DNA of 63,902 nucleotides, counting the filler, from Nemertoderma westbladi (lineage: Eukaryota > Animalia > Xenacoelomorpha): NCBI GenBank assembly GCA_032718475.1. It is 4 parts of 4 records of this genome, joined end to end, with 100 filler letters (N's around TTAATTAATTAA, not from the genome) between each part and the next. Parts side by side here need not be neighbours in the genome. Positions count along the whole stretch, not along the records: positions 39,647 to 55,124 come from JAUCBJ010005682.1; positions 55,225 to 63,902 come from JAUCBJ010000543.1; 2 more parts are not named here. One strand, written 5' to 3'. The notes beneath the pieces are model-generated. The model made no database searches. It saw only the letters and a program-made list of their open reading frames with translations, and was not told the origin of the DNA. A program made the position numbers and the translations under genes. Numbering within the stretch: position 1 is the first letter of the stretch; each line of letters opens with the position of its first letter. Below, one piece after another: positions 52,000-63,902 of the stretch.

Positions 52000-54322
52000 A
52001 AGGTGACGTAGTGTAGAGCAAAATAGAGCGAAATAATTAAACTAAATCTAAAGTTTTGGATTCAAGGCCTTGGACCTACCTACGTAGATCCATTCAAAAG
52101 ATGCTGCCTTAGTGTTTGTTTTTTTAATATTTATTCTGGCGCTCTGCCTTACAGATGTTGGCAGGCTATTCCAAATCAAAGGGGAAACAATATAAATAGA
52201 TTGCCGACGAATTTTGAGGCGAAACCGTTGATGAAACGAATTTTGGTTTGACGATCGGCGCGTGTTATGTGAGTGAACAGCCGACACTGAAACACACAAT
52301 TTGGAACAAAACAAAATGTTTGGTAGGACATCATTGGGGAGGATATTATTGAGATACTTAAAGCTGATCAATGCAATGCTCTCAATGTACATATAGGAAA
52401 TAGTCAGGCGTTTAAATTCTGGATTGCGTTTGTTTATAATATTTATAATTTTAGTTTGAGCCTTTTGGAGTTTTCCAATTGTCATTGTATTTACTGATGG
52501 TTTTTCTTGCGTTTGCGTCTGTTTCTTGGTGTTGGGTCGCTTGTATTATCAGCACTATGATTCAGTGATGTGTGGCCCCAGACAGCGATACAGTAATTGA
52601 AATATGGATTAATGAAGGAGTAGTAAAGGCAATGTAGGGCTTGGGCAGATGCAAATGCTTTGACCTTGTTTATTACACCAATGTTTTTGCTAACAGTAGA
52701 AAATAATTTTAGGAGTTGTGGTTTCCAAGATAAATTTTCATCAATGATGATTCCAAAAAATTTGATGCTGTTTGATTTTTGGATAATTTGGTCATTAATT
52801 TTAACTGTCATGGGATTAATTGGTATGGAAACGTTATGAGGTTTTATTATTAAATATTTTGTTATTTTTTAATTTAGGGAAAGACGGTTTACACAAAACC
52901 ATTCAAAAAGTTTATCAAGTTCAACATTCACCGTCGTTATAATTGTGTCAATATCCTTGTGTGAGAAGGCAATATTTGTGTCGTCAGCAAATAAAATAAA
53001 AAATAGTTTTTGTGAAACATTGACGATGTTGTTTCAGTAAATAAGGAATAATAGGGGTCCCAAAATGGATCCTTGCGGCACCCCATAATTTATATTAAGG
53101 AGGTCAGAAGAACTGTTACCTATGGCAACAGATTGTTTACGGTTACTTAAGTAGCTCTTAAACCAGTTCAGCGCATTTCCACCAATCCCATACGCATGTA
53201 GTTTTTGAATGAGGTTATCGTGGTTTACTGTATCAAAGGCCTTGACAAGGTCAATAGATATGGCAATTGAAATGTCTTTATTTTCAGCTGCAGATGTTAT
53301 ATTATCAAGGAGAGATATATAGTAGTGCTAGTTGAGTTGAGCGTTTAAGACGGAAACCAAATTGCCTTGGTGAGAGAATGTTATGGCTATTGAGGTACTT
53401 AATCAATTGCTTGTACACAATTTTTTCGTAGATTTTGGAGAATAGTGAGAGCACGGATATGGGTCTATAATTTTGGGACAGGGATGGGTCCTCAGATTTA
53501 AACACAGGGATAACTCTGGCTATTTTAAGTGCATCTGGTACAATACCTGTATTTAAGGAGCAGTTAATCATGTGAGTCATAATTTGAACAATACTTGGCA
53601 TAGTTGAAAGAGCTATTTGTGGTAGAATACCATCGTATCCATTGCTAGAGTTGATGCTAAGCTCCTTCACAATACACTGTCTCATCATGGATTAGGGGAG
53701 TGAGGTAGTCCACAGGAGATCCATCTTTGTGAGATATAGCTGAATCGAGATTCTGACCTACATTGGTGTAGTGGACATTGAAGTCTTTTGGTTCGGTATA
53801 GGAACGAGAATTATGGCGAATTAGTGAGGGTGGAGATGACTTGCTGACGTTTTTATTTATTAGGATGTTAATTGACTTCCATATCTTGCGCATGTTGTTT
53901 TGATCCATTTCAGATTTTTTACTAAAGAATGTTTTTTTCGCTTCTCTTAGAACAGATCTTAATGAGTTACGGTAATTGTTGAATTTTACGAGATTTGGTG
54001 TAGACCTATCCTTATAGAGATGGTCCCGTTTTTTATGCATTTTAACAAACCTGCAGTTATCCAAGGAGTAACTAGATTCTTAGTTTTTATGCGTTCAATT
54101 GGAAATGTGTTGTTGTATAAATTATATTGTTCAACAAACGACGAATCAGAAATGTCATTAGGGTCAGTGAAATTTAAAACATTATTCCAATTAGTATGTA
54201 TAAGTTGCTGCTTAAATGATTCAATTAGCTGGGCAGTTATAGTTCGTTTTAAAATGAAGGTATTCTCTTTGGGGATTTTTGATTCGGGTGATGAGGATAA
54301 GACAAAGACTGGAAGGTTTTAA
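52000..54322 (-). mobile_element. CR1/L2-group LINE, decayed reverse transcriptase
   Basis: P..LKIARVIPVFK, NYRPISVL, QFGFR, DL.KAFDTVNH, GVPQGSILGPLLF and LFADDT motifs with frameshifts. Confidence 0.88.
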
Positions 54323-55124
54323 TGTAATTTATTTGTTTGTTTGACAATCTCGTGTGTTGTTCTTTATCTCTTGGAATCAATACTGTATATGTATAATTAT
54401 TATTTAGAAATCATTAAACTAACTAATACGGATAATAATAATAATAATATAAATAATATATTATATTGATCCCACCCCCAGTCGTGGTAAATCAGCAATA
54501 CTATAAATTATATTTAATTTAATTCTTAAAATATTAAAAAATAATATATAAGGTAGCTAGAGGTTGGCTAGAGTTGATAAAGGGGGGCTCTGTGGGCAAG
54601 TTAGGGCGTGGTATCGGTCGCTAGGGCGTGGTATAAATAATATAATAATAATATTTATAATAATATTAGAATTATATTTTTTGTTTATGGGCTCAGTTAA
54701 TGCAAAGTTGTTTGACTATCGAGAGGGAGGGGGGGGGGACCTCCCAATATGTACCAGACTTAATAGGTACTTACAGTAGTAAGCACTTACAAATTACATA
54801 CAAATAAAAAACACATAAATGCTTAGTTAGTACATACTAAGTTTTGCAAATTCCAGAAACGCGCTAAACTTAGCAAAGTACTTTCTAAGCAATTACAAAA
54901 AGCACATAAGTAATTGGCACCTTCTTAGGTGGTTTTTTTTGTAAGCGCTTTCTAAGTTCCACATAAGTATTTAGTAAGTTTTGGAAATTCTGTGATCTAG
55001 GATGGGCGCAAAAATGTGTTTTCCTAATATAGGCCAAAATAATTGTCCAAAGCATCTAAACACTTGATTTCATAATATAATTAATTTGGCCGAAACCATC
55101 GTAAAGTAAGTCACAATTATTTAA

Positions 55125-55224
55125 NNNNNNNNNNNNNNNNNNNNNNNNNNNNNNNNNNNNNNNNNNNNTTAATTAATTAANNNNNNNNNNNNNNNNNNNN
55201 NNNNNNNNNNNNNNNNNNNNNNNN
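55125..55224. other. Artificial contig linker
   Basis: N-TTAATTAATTAA-N. Confidence 0.97.
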
Positions 55225-55284
55225 AGGAATTCAGTTAAAAAAGCTGTTAGTCTTCAAAACTATTTATATAAATTATATTTCTCA
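55225..55284 (+). tRNA. trnW: mt tRNA-Trp(UCA), 5' end possibly clipped
   Basis: Anticodon arm TAGT-CTTCAAA-ACTA. Confidence 0.7.
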
Positions 55285-55287
55285 TAG

Positions 55288-55352
55288 ATCAGTATAGCTT
55301 ATATTAAAGTTTTGTCTTGAAGCGGCAAGGAAATTATTTATAATTACCGGTA
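55288..55352 (+). tRNA. trnF: mt tRNA-Phe(GAA)
   Basis: Acceptor ATCAGTA/TACCGGT, D arm GCTT/AAGT, anticodon arm TTGTC-TTGAAGC-GGCAA. Confidence 0.78.
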
Positions 55353-56200
55353 TATTTTACAAAATTTTTTATAAAGTGTAGGCCCTATGGCCAACTGCGT
55401 TGTTAGTGGGGTCTCGGTCAGGCACTTTAAATAAGATTTCCATAGTATTTGGTATATTTTTCTTTTGTGCAATAAAAAAAATGGAAATTAAAAGTATTAT
55501 CCACTTTTTTGTCGTATTTATTTGAGGAATCAAAAAATCGTATAGCTCAGGGGCTCCAATTAAATAAGTTCCAGAGATTTCGGTTAGACTTATGAGGGTT
55601 TAAAAATATTACAAGATGTTGGCTCTAATTAAACTTTTATAAAGTAGGTGAAATTAGTATAAATTAGGTAATTTTTTATTAGAGGAGTTATGCCGCTCAG
55701 AAAGGCTTAAGAATAAACGTGGATTAGATACCCACTTATATTAGGCAGGGGGAGTTTGGTAATTTGTGTAATTTAAGGTTAAACCAAAAAGCGTATTTAC
55801 TTGGCAGCAGAGAAGCCAAGACTTTGAGAATTTTGATGGTTAATCCGATGTTACTCGTTCAAAGGTGCAACTGATTGATACACAGCATTTGAATATCCGT
55901 TTAGTTTGAGGCTCTTTTGTGAGAAATAGTCCCTAAAAATTTAGTTGATATAGTTTTTAATCTCTGGTCGATATGAAGCCAATTTAGTTGGCTTAATTTA
56001 AATACATTTCTCGATAGAGATAGTTGTATTAAATTATCTCAGCTTTTAGAGGCTGGGGCTTAGTGGATTAATTTGTAAAATTTAATAAAATGAAATTTTT
56101 GGCCTGTGTACATATTGCCCGTCACTTGCTTAAAGTAATAAGTCGTAACAAAGTAGCGGTACATGAATGTGCGGCTTTATGGCTCGCGTGTGGGACACCG
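55353..56200 (+). rRNA. rrnS: Mitochondrial small-subunit (12S) rRNA; ends approximate
   Basis: GGATTAGATACCC (~55722), GTACATATTGCCCGTCAC (~56108), AAGTCGTAACAAAGTA (~56140). Confidence 0.92.
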
Positions 56201-56218
56201 TGGGTTTTAGTGTAGAAT

Positions 56219-57130
56219 ATGGTTAGGCTAGCGATTAATCTTCTTGCTTTTATTGTTCCTGTTATACTTTCTGCTGGGTTTCTAACCCTTTTTGAGCGCA
56301 AGATCATTGGATTTTCACAATTTCGACTCGGTCCCAATATTATTGGGACCTTTGGGGTGCTTCAACCTATCTCGGATGCCCTGAAACTTATTTTTAAAGA
56401 ATATGTGGTAATTTCGAGGTCTATAGCTGTTTTTGGATTTATTGGGGCTTCATTTATTCCTATCTCAGTAGCTTTTGTTGTTTGGCTTGTTTTTTCATAT
56501 CCGCAATCTTGAGTGAATAGTGGGCTCTCTATTGTTGTTTTTTTTATTGTTTCCTCTCTTTCAATTTATGGGATTATGGGAGCGGGGTTTTTTTCCAATT
56601 CTAAATATTCGTTTATTGGGGGGCTTCGAGCTGTGGCTCAGTTTGTCTCTTATGAGGTAACAATAACAACTTTTGTTATTGTAGTAATTATTTTTGTAAC
56701 TTCTTATGATATTATAGAAGCTCAAACTCGGACAAGGGTGATTTTTTGTGGGTGTGTGGTGTGTATGTGCTGGTTTATTACAATTCTAGCAGAAACAGCA
56801 CGAGCCCCTTTTGATCTGGTTGAGGGGGAGTCTGAGCTTGTTTCAGGTTACAATGTTGAGTTTTCTGGGGCGATATTTACTTTTTTTTTTCTGGGGGAGT
56901 ATTGTATAATAATTATTATAGTAATTATTATTGTTAATATTTTTATTTTTTTCCAACATTGGGGGAGATATGTTTATTTTTTTCTTTGTATGTTTACATT
57001 TATATACATTCGGGCTTGTTACCCGCGGATTCGTTACGATCAAGTTATAGGAATAAATTGAAAATTTCTACTTCCTGTGGGAGTTGGGTTTCTTTCTTTT
57101 GTAGTTTTTTTTTTTTTTATTGTTTACTTA
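56219..57130 (+). CDS. nad1: NADH dehydrogenase subunit 1 (ends at first in-frame TTA)
   Basis: [46 protein letters not shown]; TGA=Trp; 303 aa. Confidence 0.95.
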
Positions 57131-57150
57131 GGGGATTGTTGGGTTTTGTT

Positions 57151-58731
<1,581 letters not shown>

Positions 58732-58754
58732 TGTGTGATGGGGTTGTTTAAGTT

Positions 58755-58856
58755 TTGGTGATCCTAAGGTTTTGAAATATAGTTATTTCTTTTTTTATTA
58801 TAATTACGTTTTTTTATTTTTTTAGGTATTTTATTTCAATTAGATGGTTTTCATTG
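58755..58856 (+). CDS. Candidate atp8-like 33-aa hydrophobic ORF
   Basis: TTG/GTG start, (M)VILSFWNMVISFFIMITFFYFFSYFISISWFS, ends at TTG; fills the cox1-cox3 gap; no MPQL motif. Confidence 0.35.
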
Positions 58857-58873
58857 AATTTGTTAATTTTCGT

Positions 58874-59665
58874 ATAACTTTTAAAAATTGTGGGCATTTT
58901 GTAAAAAAATCACCATGGCCGATTTTTGCATCAATTTGTGGGTTTGGCCTTCTTTTTCAGTCAACACTTTATATGCATGGGGTCGTAAGCCTGGGGTTTC
59001 TAGGGATTCAAATAATAGTTCTTCTTTTTGTTGGGTTTTCTTGGGTGTATGATGTGATTTTTGAAGGAACAATAATACAAAAACATACTACTCTAGTGGA
59101 TCGTTCTCTTATGCTAGGGTTTATTCTTTTTATTTGCTCAGAAATTATGTTTTTTTTTTCTATTTTCTTTGCTTTTTTTCATAGGTCTCTTGTTGTAACT
59201 TTTTTTATTGGATGTGTTTGGCCCCCGGTGGGGGTTCAGGATATTATTTTTAGGGGGGTTGCCACAGCAAATACAATTACTCTTATTTTTTCTGGGGTGA
59301 TTCTCACATGGGCCCAATATTCAATTCGATTCTCAAATCTATCCCAGGCAAGAATTGGGGTGTTTCTGACAATTATTGTTGGGGGTATTTTTATGTATTG
59401 ACAGTATGTAGAATTTTATGGGTCGTTTTATTGTATAGACGATAGAGTGTACGGAACATGTTTTTTTTTTCTCACGGGTTGTCATGGCACACATGTTATT
59501 ATCGGACTGTGTATGCTAAGATTTGTTCTTATTCGACTCCTAAGACACCACTTTAGTGTCAATTCTCATATAATTTTTACTCTATCAGCATGGTACTGAC
59601 ATTTTGTTGATGTGGTTTGAGTGGTTGTATTTAGTTGTTTTTATGTCTGGGGGGGCCGCTGGTTA
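58874..59665 (+). CDS. cox3: Cytochrome c oxidase subunit 3 (ATA start; alternative ATG at 58844; ends at TTA)
   Basis: H.V..SPWP, SEIMFF, WPP.G, TG.HG.HV, WYWHFVDVVW...Y.WG. Confidence 0.95.
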
Positions 59666-59679
59666 TTTTTTTTGGTTTA

Positions 59680-60387
59680 TTGCTTTCCCAATTTGATTTT
59701 GGATTTTTTGTAGCTGATTTTGTTTATATTGTAGCGTTTTGGATTTTTTTTTTTTTTTATGTTTTTGTTTTTAGGCCTAAGCCTAGAGGTGGGATGTCAA
59801 TAATAAACACTCAAAAAATTGTAGATTTTAATTTTATTAATGTTTATGGTGGGGCAATAGAGTTTGGGCAGTGGCGAATATTTGTTAATGTTATTTTTTA
59901 TTATCTTATAGTAACAAACGTTATTTATGTGTTTCCTTTTTTTTTTTTTAGGAATACGTGCCATATTGGGGCTTGTTTTTTTGTTGGGTTTTGTGTATGG
60001 ATTTCTATTTTTTTTTATAAGACCCGGTGGTTTAGGTCAAGGTATTTTAAAAAAACCACTAGTTCTATTCTAATAGTTGACATGTCTTTTGGGATGGTTG
60101 CATGAATGTATTTTACAGAAATTGTAGGAACAATATTTCAACCTATTACTCTATGTATTCGAATCACAATAAATATTATGATTGGCCATTGTATTCTTTT
60201 TAATTTTAACTCAATACTAAGTGGATTTTTCAGAGGGGATAGTTTTTTTTATGTGGGGATTGGTCTTATGGTTTTTTTTGTTGTGTTTGTGTTTGAGATT
60301 ATTATTGGGGTTGTCCAAGCGTCTGTTTTTGTGATTATACTATGTTTCTATATTGGCCACAACAATGCAAATTCTGTTATTATTTTA
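59680..60387 (+). CDS. atp6: ATP synthase subunit 6 (probable TTG start; ends at TTA)
   Basis: N-terminal LSQFD; E..G..FQPITLCIRITMNIMIGH; FE...G.VQASVF. Confidence 0.88.
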
Positions 60388-60393
60388 TATCAA

Positions 60394-60467
60394 TCAAAAT
60401 ATCGTTTAAAGAGGATTATTAATTTGGAGTTAATAGGCATGGTGCCGTTTGGCACTATTATTTTGAG
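60394..60467 (+). tRNA. trnP: mt tRNA-Pro(UGG)
   Basis: TCAAAAT/ATTTTGA acceptor; ATTAA-TTTGGAG-TTAAT anticodon arm; GGTGCC/GGCACT T arm. Confidence 0.85.
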
Positions 60468-60483
60468 AATTTATAACTCTCGG

Positions 60484-60551
60484 TTAAAAATAGTTTAAGT
60501 TAAAATATAAAATTTCGGCTTTTAAGATTTATAAAATTTTTATTTTTTAGT
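60484..60551 (+). tRNA. trnR: mt tRNA-Arg(UCG)
   Basis: TAAAA-TTTCGGC-TTTTA anticodon arm; AT-only acceptor stem. Confidence 0.7.
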
Positions 60552-60612
60552 GGAGTTTTAGTATAAGTTAGAGTACAATAATTTTGCGTGTTAAAGGTTT
60601 GTTAAGATTTCT
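60552..60612 (+). tRNA. trnA: mt tRNA-Ala(UGC)
   Basis: GGAGTTT/AGATTTC acceptor; TAAT-TTTGCGT-GTTA anticodon arm; reduced T arm. Confidence 0.72.
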
Positions 60613-60622
60613 TTTTTATTCA

Positions 60623-60691
60623 GTAGCAATAGCTTAAGAACAGAGTTTTGGATTTTTAATCCAGCGGTGAAATATAATGTTTTTTGCTACA
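60623..60691 (+). tRNA. trnK: mt tRNA-Lys(UUU)
   Basis: GTAGCAA/TTGCTAC acceptor; TTGGA-TTTTTAA-TCCAG anticodon arm. Confidence 0.82.
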
Positions 60692-60695
60692 GCAT

Positions 60696-61769
60696 TTGCA
60701 ACTGGTTCGGGTATTCAATACTAGGGTTTCTGCTTTTTGTGTGTTTGTATTTATGCTGATTGCACAGATAATGTTTGTGATATCTGGTAATTGGTTTGTT
60801 GTTTGGTTTTTTATAGAATTTCTTACAGTTCTTTCTTTTTTTTATGTTTTTTTCCCACTGAATCAGTTTAATTTTAATAATTGTGCTAAAGCTTTTGTGT
60901 TTAAGGTGGCGATTGGAATTGTTTTTTTTGTAGCCTGTGTTTGAGGGGCACTTCATGGGAATGCTGTGAGTGTATCCAACAGGATTGGTTGGGGATGTTT
61001 TATACTTATTCAAATTTGTTTTTTTTGTGAAATTGGGATAGCGCCGGCCCATTTTTGGTTTATTCAGCTGGTTTCTGGCCTGGGGTCTTGGTTTACCCGA
61101 TGGGTGCATCTTTTTTTTGTGAAAATTGCCCTATTCATTATTTGTGTTGAAACATTCTCTGGTTATGTTGGATTTTTTTTTTTTGTGTTTTTTTTTTGTT
61201 CGGTGTTTTTTGGGGCCGCCGGGGTTTTTACATCTGTGGATATAATCTTTTTTATTAGCTTTTCTTCAGTTTTTTTTTATTGCTGAAGATTTTTTATTGG
61301 GGTTGGCAGGCTGTTTTCTATTGCAACCTCTATGTTTATTTTTTATCTTATAATTTTTTCTGCAATTTGTTATTTCTTTGTAAGATCTTACCCAAAGTTT
61401 ATGAAAATTTTTGATTTTAGGGATCTCTCTTGGGATGATAAGTATAAAATTTTTTTTATACTCTGATTTATTTCCGGGGTGCCCCCTTTTGGGTTTTTTA
61501 TTTTTAAACTTTTTTCCATTTATTCAATAGCGAGGGCAGGATATTTTTTTTATGTTTGCTTTATCTGGCTTTTTTTTTTTTATGGGGCATACATATATTC
61601 ATATATGCGCCTGATAATTCTTTCTCTACTCCCCCTTACAGGGGTTTTTTTTAACACCCGGATGAGAAGCAATTTTTTTTACTGGGGGTTTTCAATATTT
61701 TTTACTATTGTTTTTTTTTTTTCACTTGTTATTTTTTTTTACTACACAAGGTTTTGTATTTTTTTCTTG
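60696..61769 (+). CDS. nad2: NADH dehydrogenase subunit 2 (probable TTG start; ends at TTG, first TAA is 61782-61784)
   Basis: NWFVVWFFMEF, G.AP.HFWF, SGVPPFGFF.FK; continuous frame with TGA=Trp. Confidence 0.85.
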
Positions 61770-61788
61770 TTGTGGGAATTTTAATTTT

Positions 61789-63516
61789 ATGTATTTTATA
61801 AGTAATTTTTTTTTTTTTATTGTTGTTTTTATATACATTTTTTTTTCTTATAAAACGGGAAAGTATTATTTCATAGCTCCCATCATGTGTGTTTTTTTTA
61901 TTTCCAAGGCCATGAGTATTAGATTTTTTTTTAATTTTGCAGAAAATTGGGAGCTTCTGTATTGTTTTCATTTTTTTTTTTATCCTTATGAGAATTTTGT
62001 GATTTTTCGTTGTGACTACTTTTCTTCAATAATACAGCTAACCCTTTATATGGTTTCTTTTGGTATTGTGCTTTTTTGTTCATGATATATTGAGGACAGA
62101 GTTAATTTCATGTATTTTGTTATAGTAATTCTAGGGTTTGTTTGTACAATAGATTTTCTTGCAATTTCTACTAATATAATTTGCATGTATGTAGCTTGAG
62201 AGCTGCTTGGAGTAGTTTCTCTTGTGCTTATTAACCATTGAAAGTGTCGTCGGGATTCTTTTATTTCTTCTTTTATAGCGTTTTTTTATAATCGGATTGG
62301 GGATTTTGGTTTTTTTTTCTGTGTAATTATATATATAATTTTTATCGATGTTGGGGTGTTTTTTTTTGATGTAGTTTCGTTCAAGGTTTTTATAAATGTT
62401 TTTTTTTTTATAATTTTTTTTAGATGTTGTGTAAAATCGTCTCAGGTTTTTTTTTACCCATGGCTAAAGTTTGCTATAGAGGGCCCCACTCCAGTCTCAG
62501 CTCTTCTCCATTCTTCTACTATAGTGGTTGCTGGTGTTTTTGTGATATCAAGGGTGTCATTTAGATTTGTGGTGGGGTACTCAAATTTTATTAAAGGGCT
62601 TATTGTTGGGTTTGGGGTTATTACTTGTGCGTATGGGGGAGTAATGTCTTTTTATCAATTTGATATAAAAAAACTTGCTGCGTATTCAACTATAAGTCAT
62701 CTTGGGCTCATGTTTTTTGCCACTGCCCTTGGAAATGTAATTTTTGTATTCTTTCATATAGTTATTCATGCGTGCTGTAAGGCAGCTCTTTTTATATGTA
62801 TTGGGTGCATTCAGCATATAGCTGGAAGGCAGGACCTCCGACAAATTAAAGGGATTGGGTGGGTTATGCCCTATCTCTCTGCTATGTGTGGGGTGTGTAT
62901 GCTTGGGCTTTCAGGGGTTCCGATGGTTTTTATTTGGTGAAGAAAGCATCTAATTATAGACGCAATTAGACATTTTCTTTTTTTTAGTGCTTTTTTTTAT
63001 ATGCTCTTTTTTTTTTCTTGTTTTTTCTCTGTATTTTATTGCTTTAAGGCATTTTTTTTTATTTTTTACCCGACTGTAGGTGGGGTAAATAAATTTGTGG
63101 CCACAGGTCAGTTTTTTTATACTAGGGTAGTGTCTTGGGGGTTCCTACTAATTTTTTTTTGTTGTTATTTTACAAGAGTTGCATATTTTAATCATTTTTT
63201 TTTTATTGGGGGAGCTAATTGAGAGCTTTCAACTTTTAGCTGAGTTTGGGGAGCAGCCATGCTAATTTGGTTTTTTTTTATATTTGAGATTTTTTTTTTT
63301 GGAGTTCATGGCGCCTCTGGGTGGGTGTTTAGGTTTTTTTATAAAGCTCTCGTTTGGGTTGGGAATATTGAAATTTTTTGATTTTATTTTTTCAAGTATT
63401 TTTTTTGAGTTTTTAAGTTTAGCGAGGTATTCGGCTCACAAAAATTTGTTTATTTTAGGGTCAGGTTTTTTATGGTTATGGTTTTTTTTACAGTCGGGAT
63501 GGTGTTTCTTTATTAG
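61789..63516 (+). CDS. nad5: NADH dehydrogenase subunit 5 (TAG stop)
   Basis: WELLG, NRIGD, KSSQ...PWL..AMEGPTPVSALLHSSTMV, D.KK.AAYST.SH, H...KA.LF, QDLR; 575 aa. Confidence 0.95.
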
Positions 63517-63538
63517 AGACTGGGTTACATTGTAGGGT

Positions 63539-63902
63539 ATAAAAAAAATATTTTTTTGAAAATATACGTTTATTTCTTCTTTTTCTAAGGGACTTGTTGT
63601 AAGTTATTTTACCCCATCTAGAGTGTCGTATATGTGAAATTACGGGGTCTCTCTTGGGTTTATTTTTATGGTGCAGTTTGCAACTGGAGTGTTTCTATCT
63701 TGTCATTATGCGAGAAGTGATATTCTAGCGTTTAGTTCGGTTGTGTATATTTCACGAGATGTAAATTTTGGATGAATTCTACGGGATATTCACTCTAATG
63801 GGGCTTCTTTTTTTTTTTTTTGTATGTATGTTCATATAATACGCGGTCTGTATTTTGGTTCTTTTTTCAACATTTTTGTTTGGTACATTGGAATTCTTAT
63901 TT
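63539..63902 (+). CDS. cob: Cytochrome b, 5' part (ATA start; runs off the window)
   Basis: [35 protein letters not shown]...Y.H..RGLYFGS. Confidence 0.95.

Noticed and set aside
63284-63535. Separate small mitochondrial ORF
   Set aside because: Out-of-frame overlap with nad5 and rich in TTR codons, unlike the real genes

Overview
Animal (invertebrate) DNA made of four unrelated contigs joined by artificial 100-bp N/TTAATTAATTAA linkers (17928-18027, 39547-39646, 55125-55224). Contigs 1-3 are AT-rich, transposon-dense nuclear DNA. They contain an intronless Cys-less pentameric ligand-gated ion channel, a decayed Polinton/Maverick-like element (dUTPase, pPolB, packaging ATPase), an intronless NASP gene and a NUAK-like kinase exon. 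They also carry RTE- and CR1-type LINEs, piggyBac-like, hAT, IS3EU, Harbinger and Crypton-like elements, a ~4.8-kb foldback palindrome and several satellites. Contig 4 (55225-63902) is an intact stretch of a divergent, T/G-rich mitochondrial genome: trnW, trnF, rrnS, nad1, cox1, possible atp8, cox3, atp6, trnP, trnR, trnA, trnK, nad2, nad5, cob (partial). Main result: read codon by codon by eye, ~2,390 mitochondrial codons contain no internal TTA or TTG (all Leu is CTN). The first in-frame TTA/TTG falls at the expected end of nad1, cox3, atp6 (TTA) and cox1, nad2 (TTG). This points to an invertebrate-type mitochondrial code in which UUA/UUG no longer encode Leu and probably act as stops. All calls come from manual reading and motif recall, not database searches.
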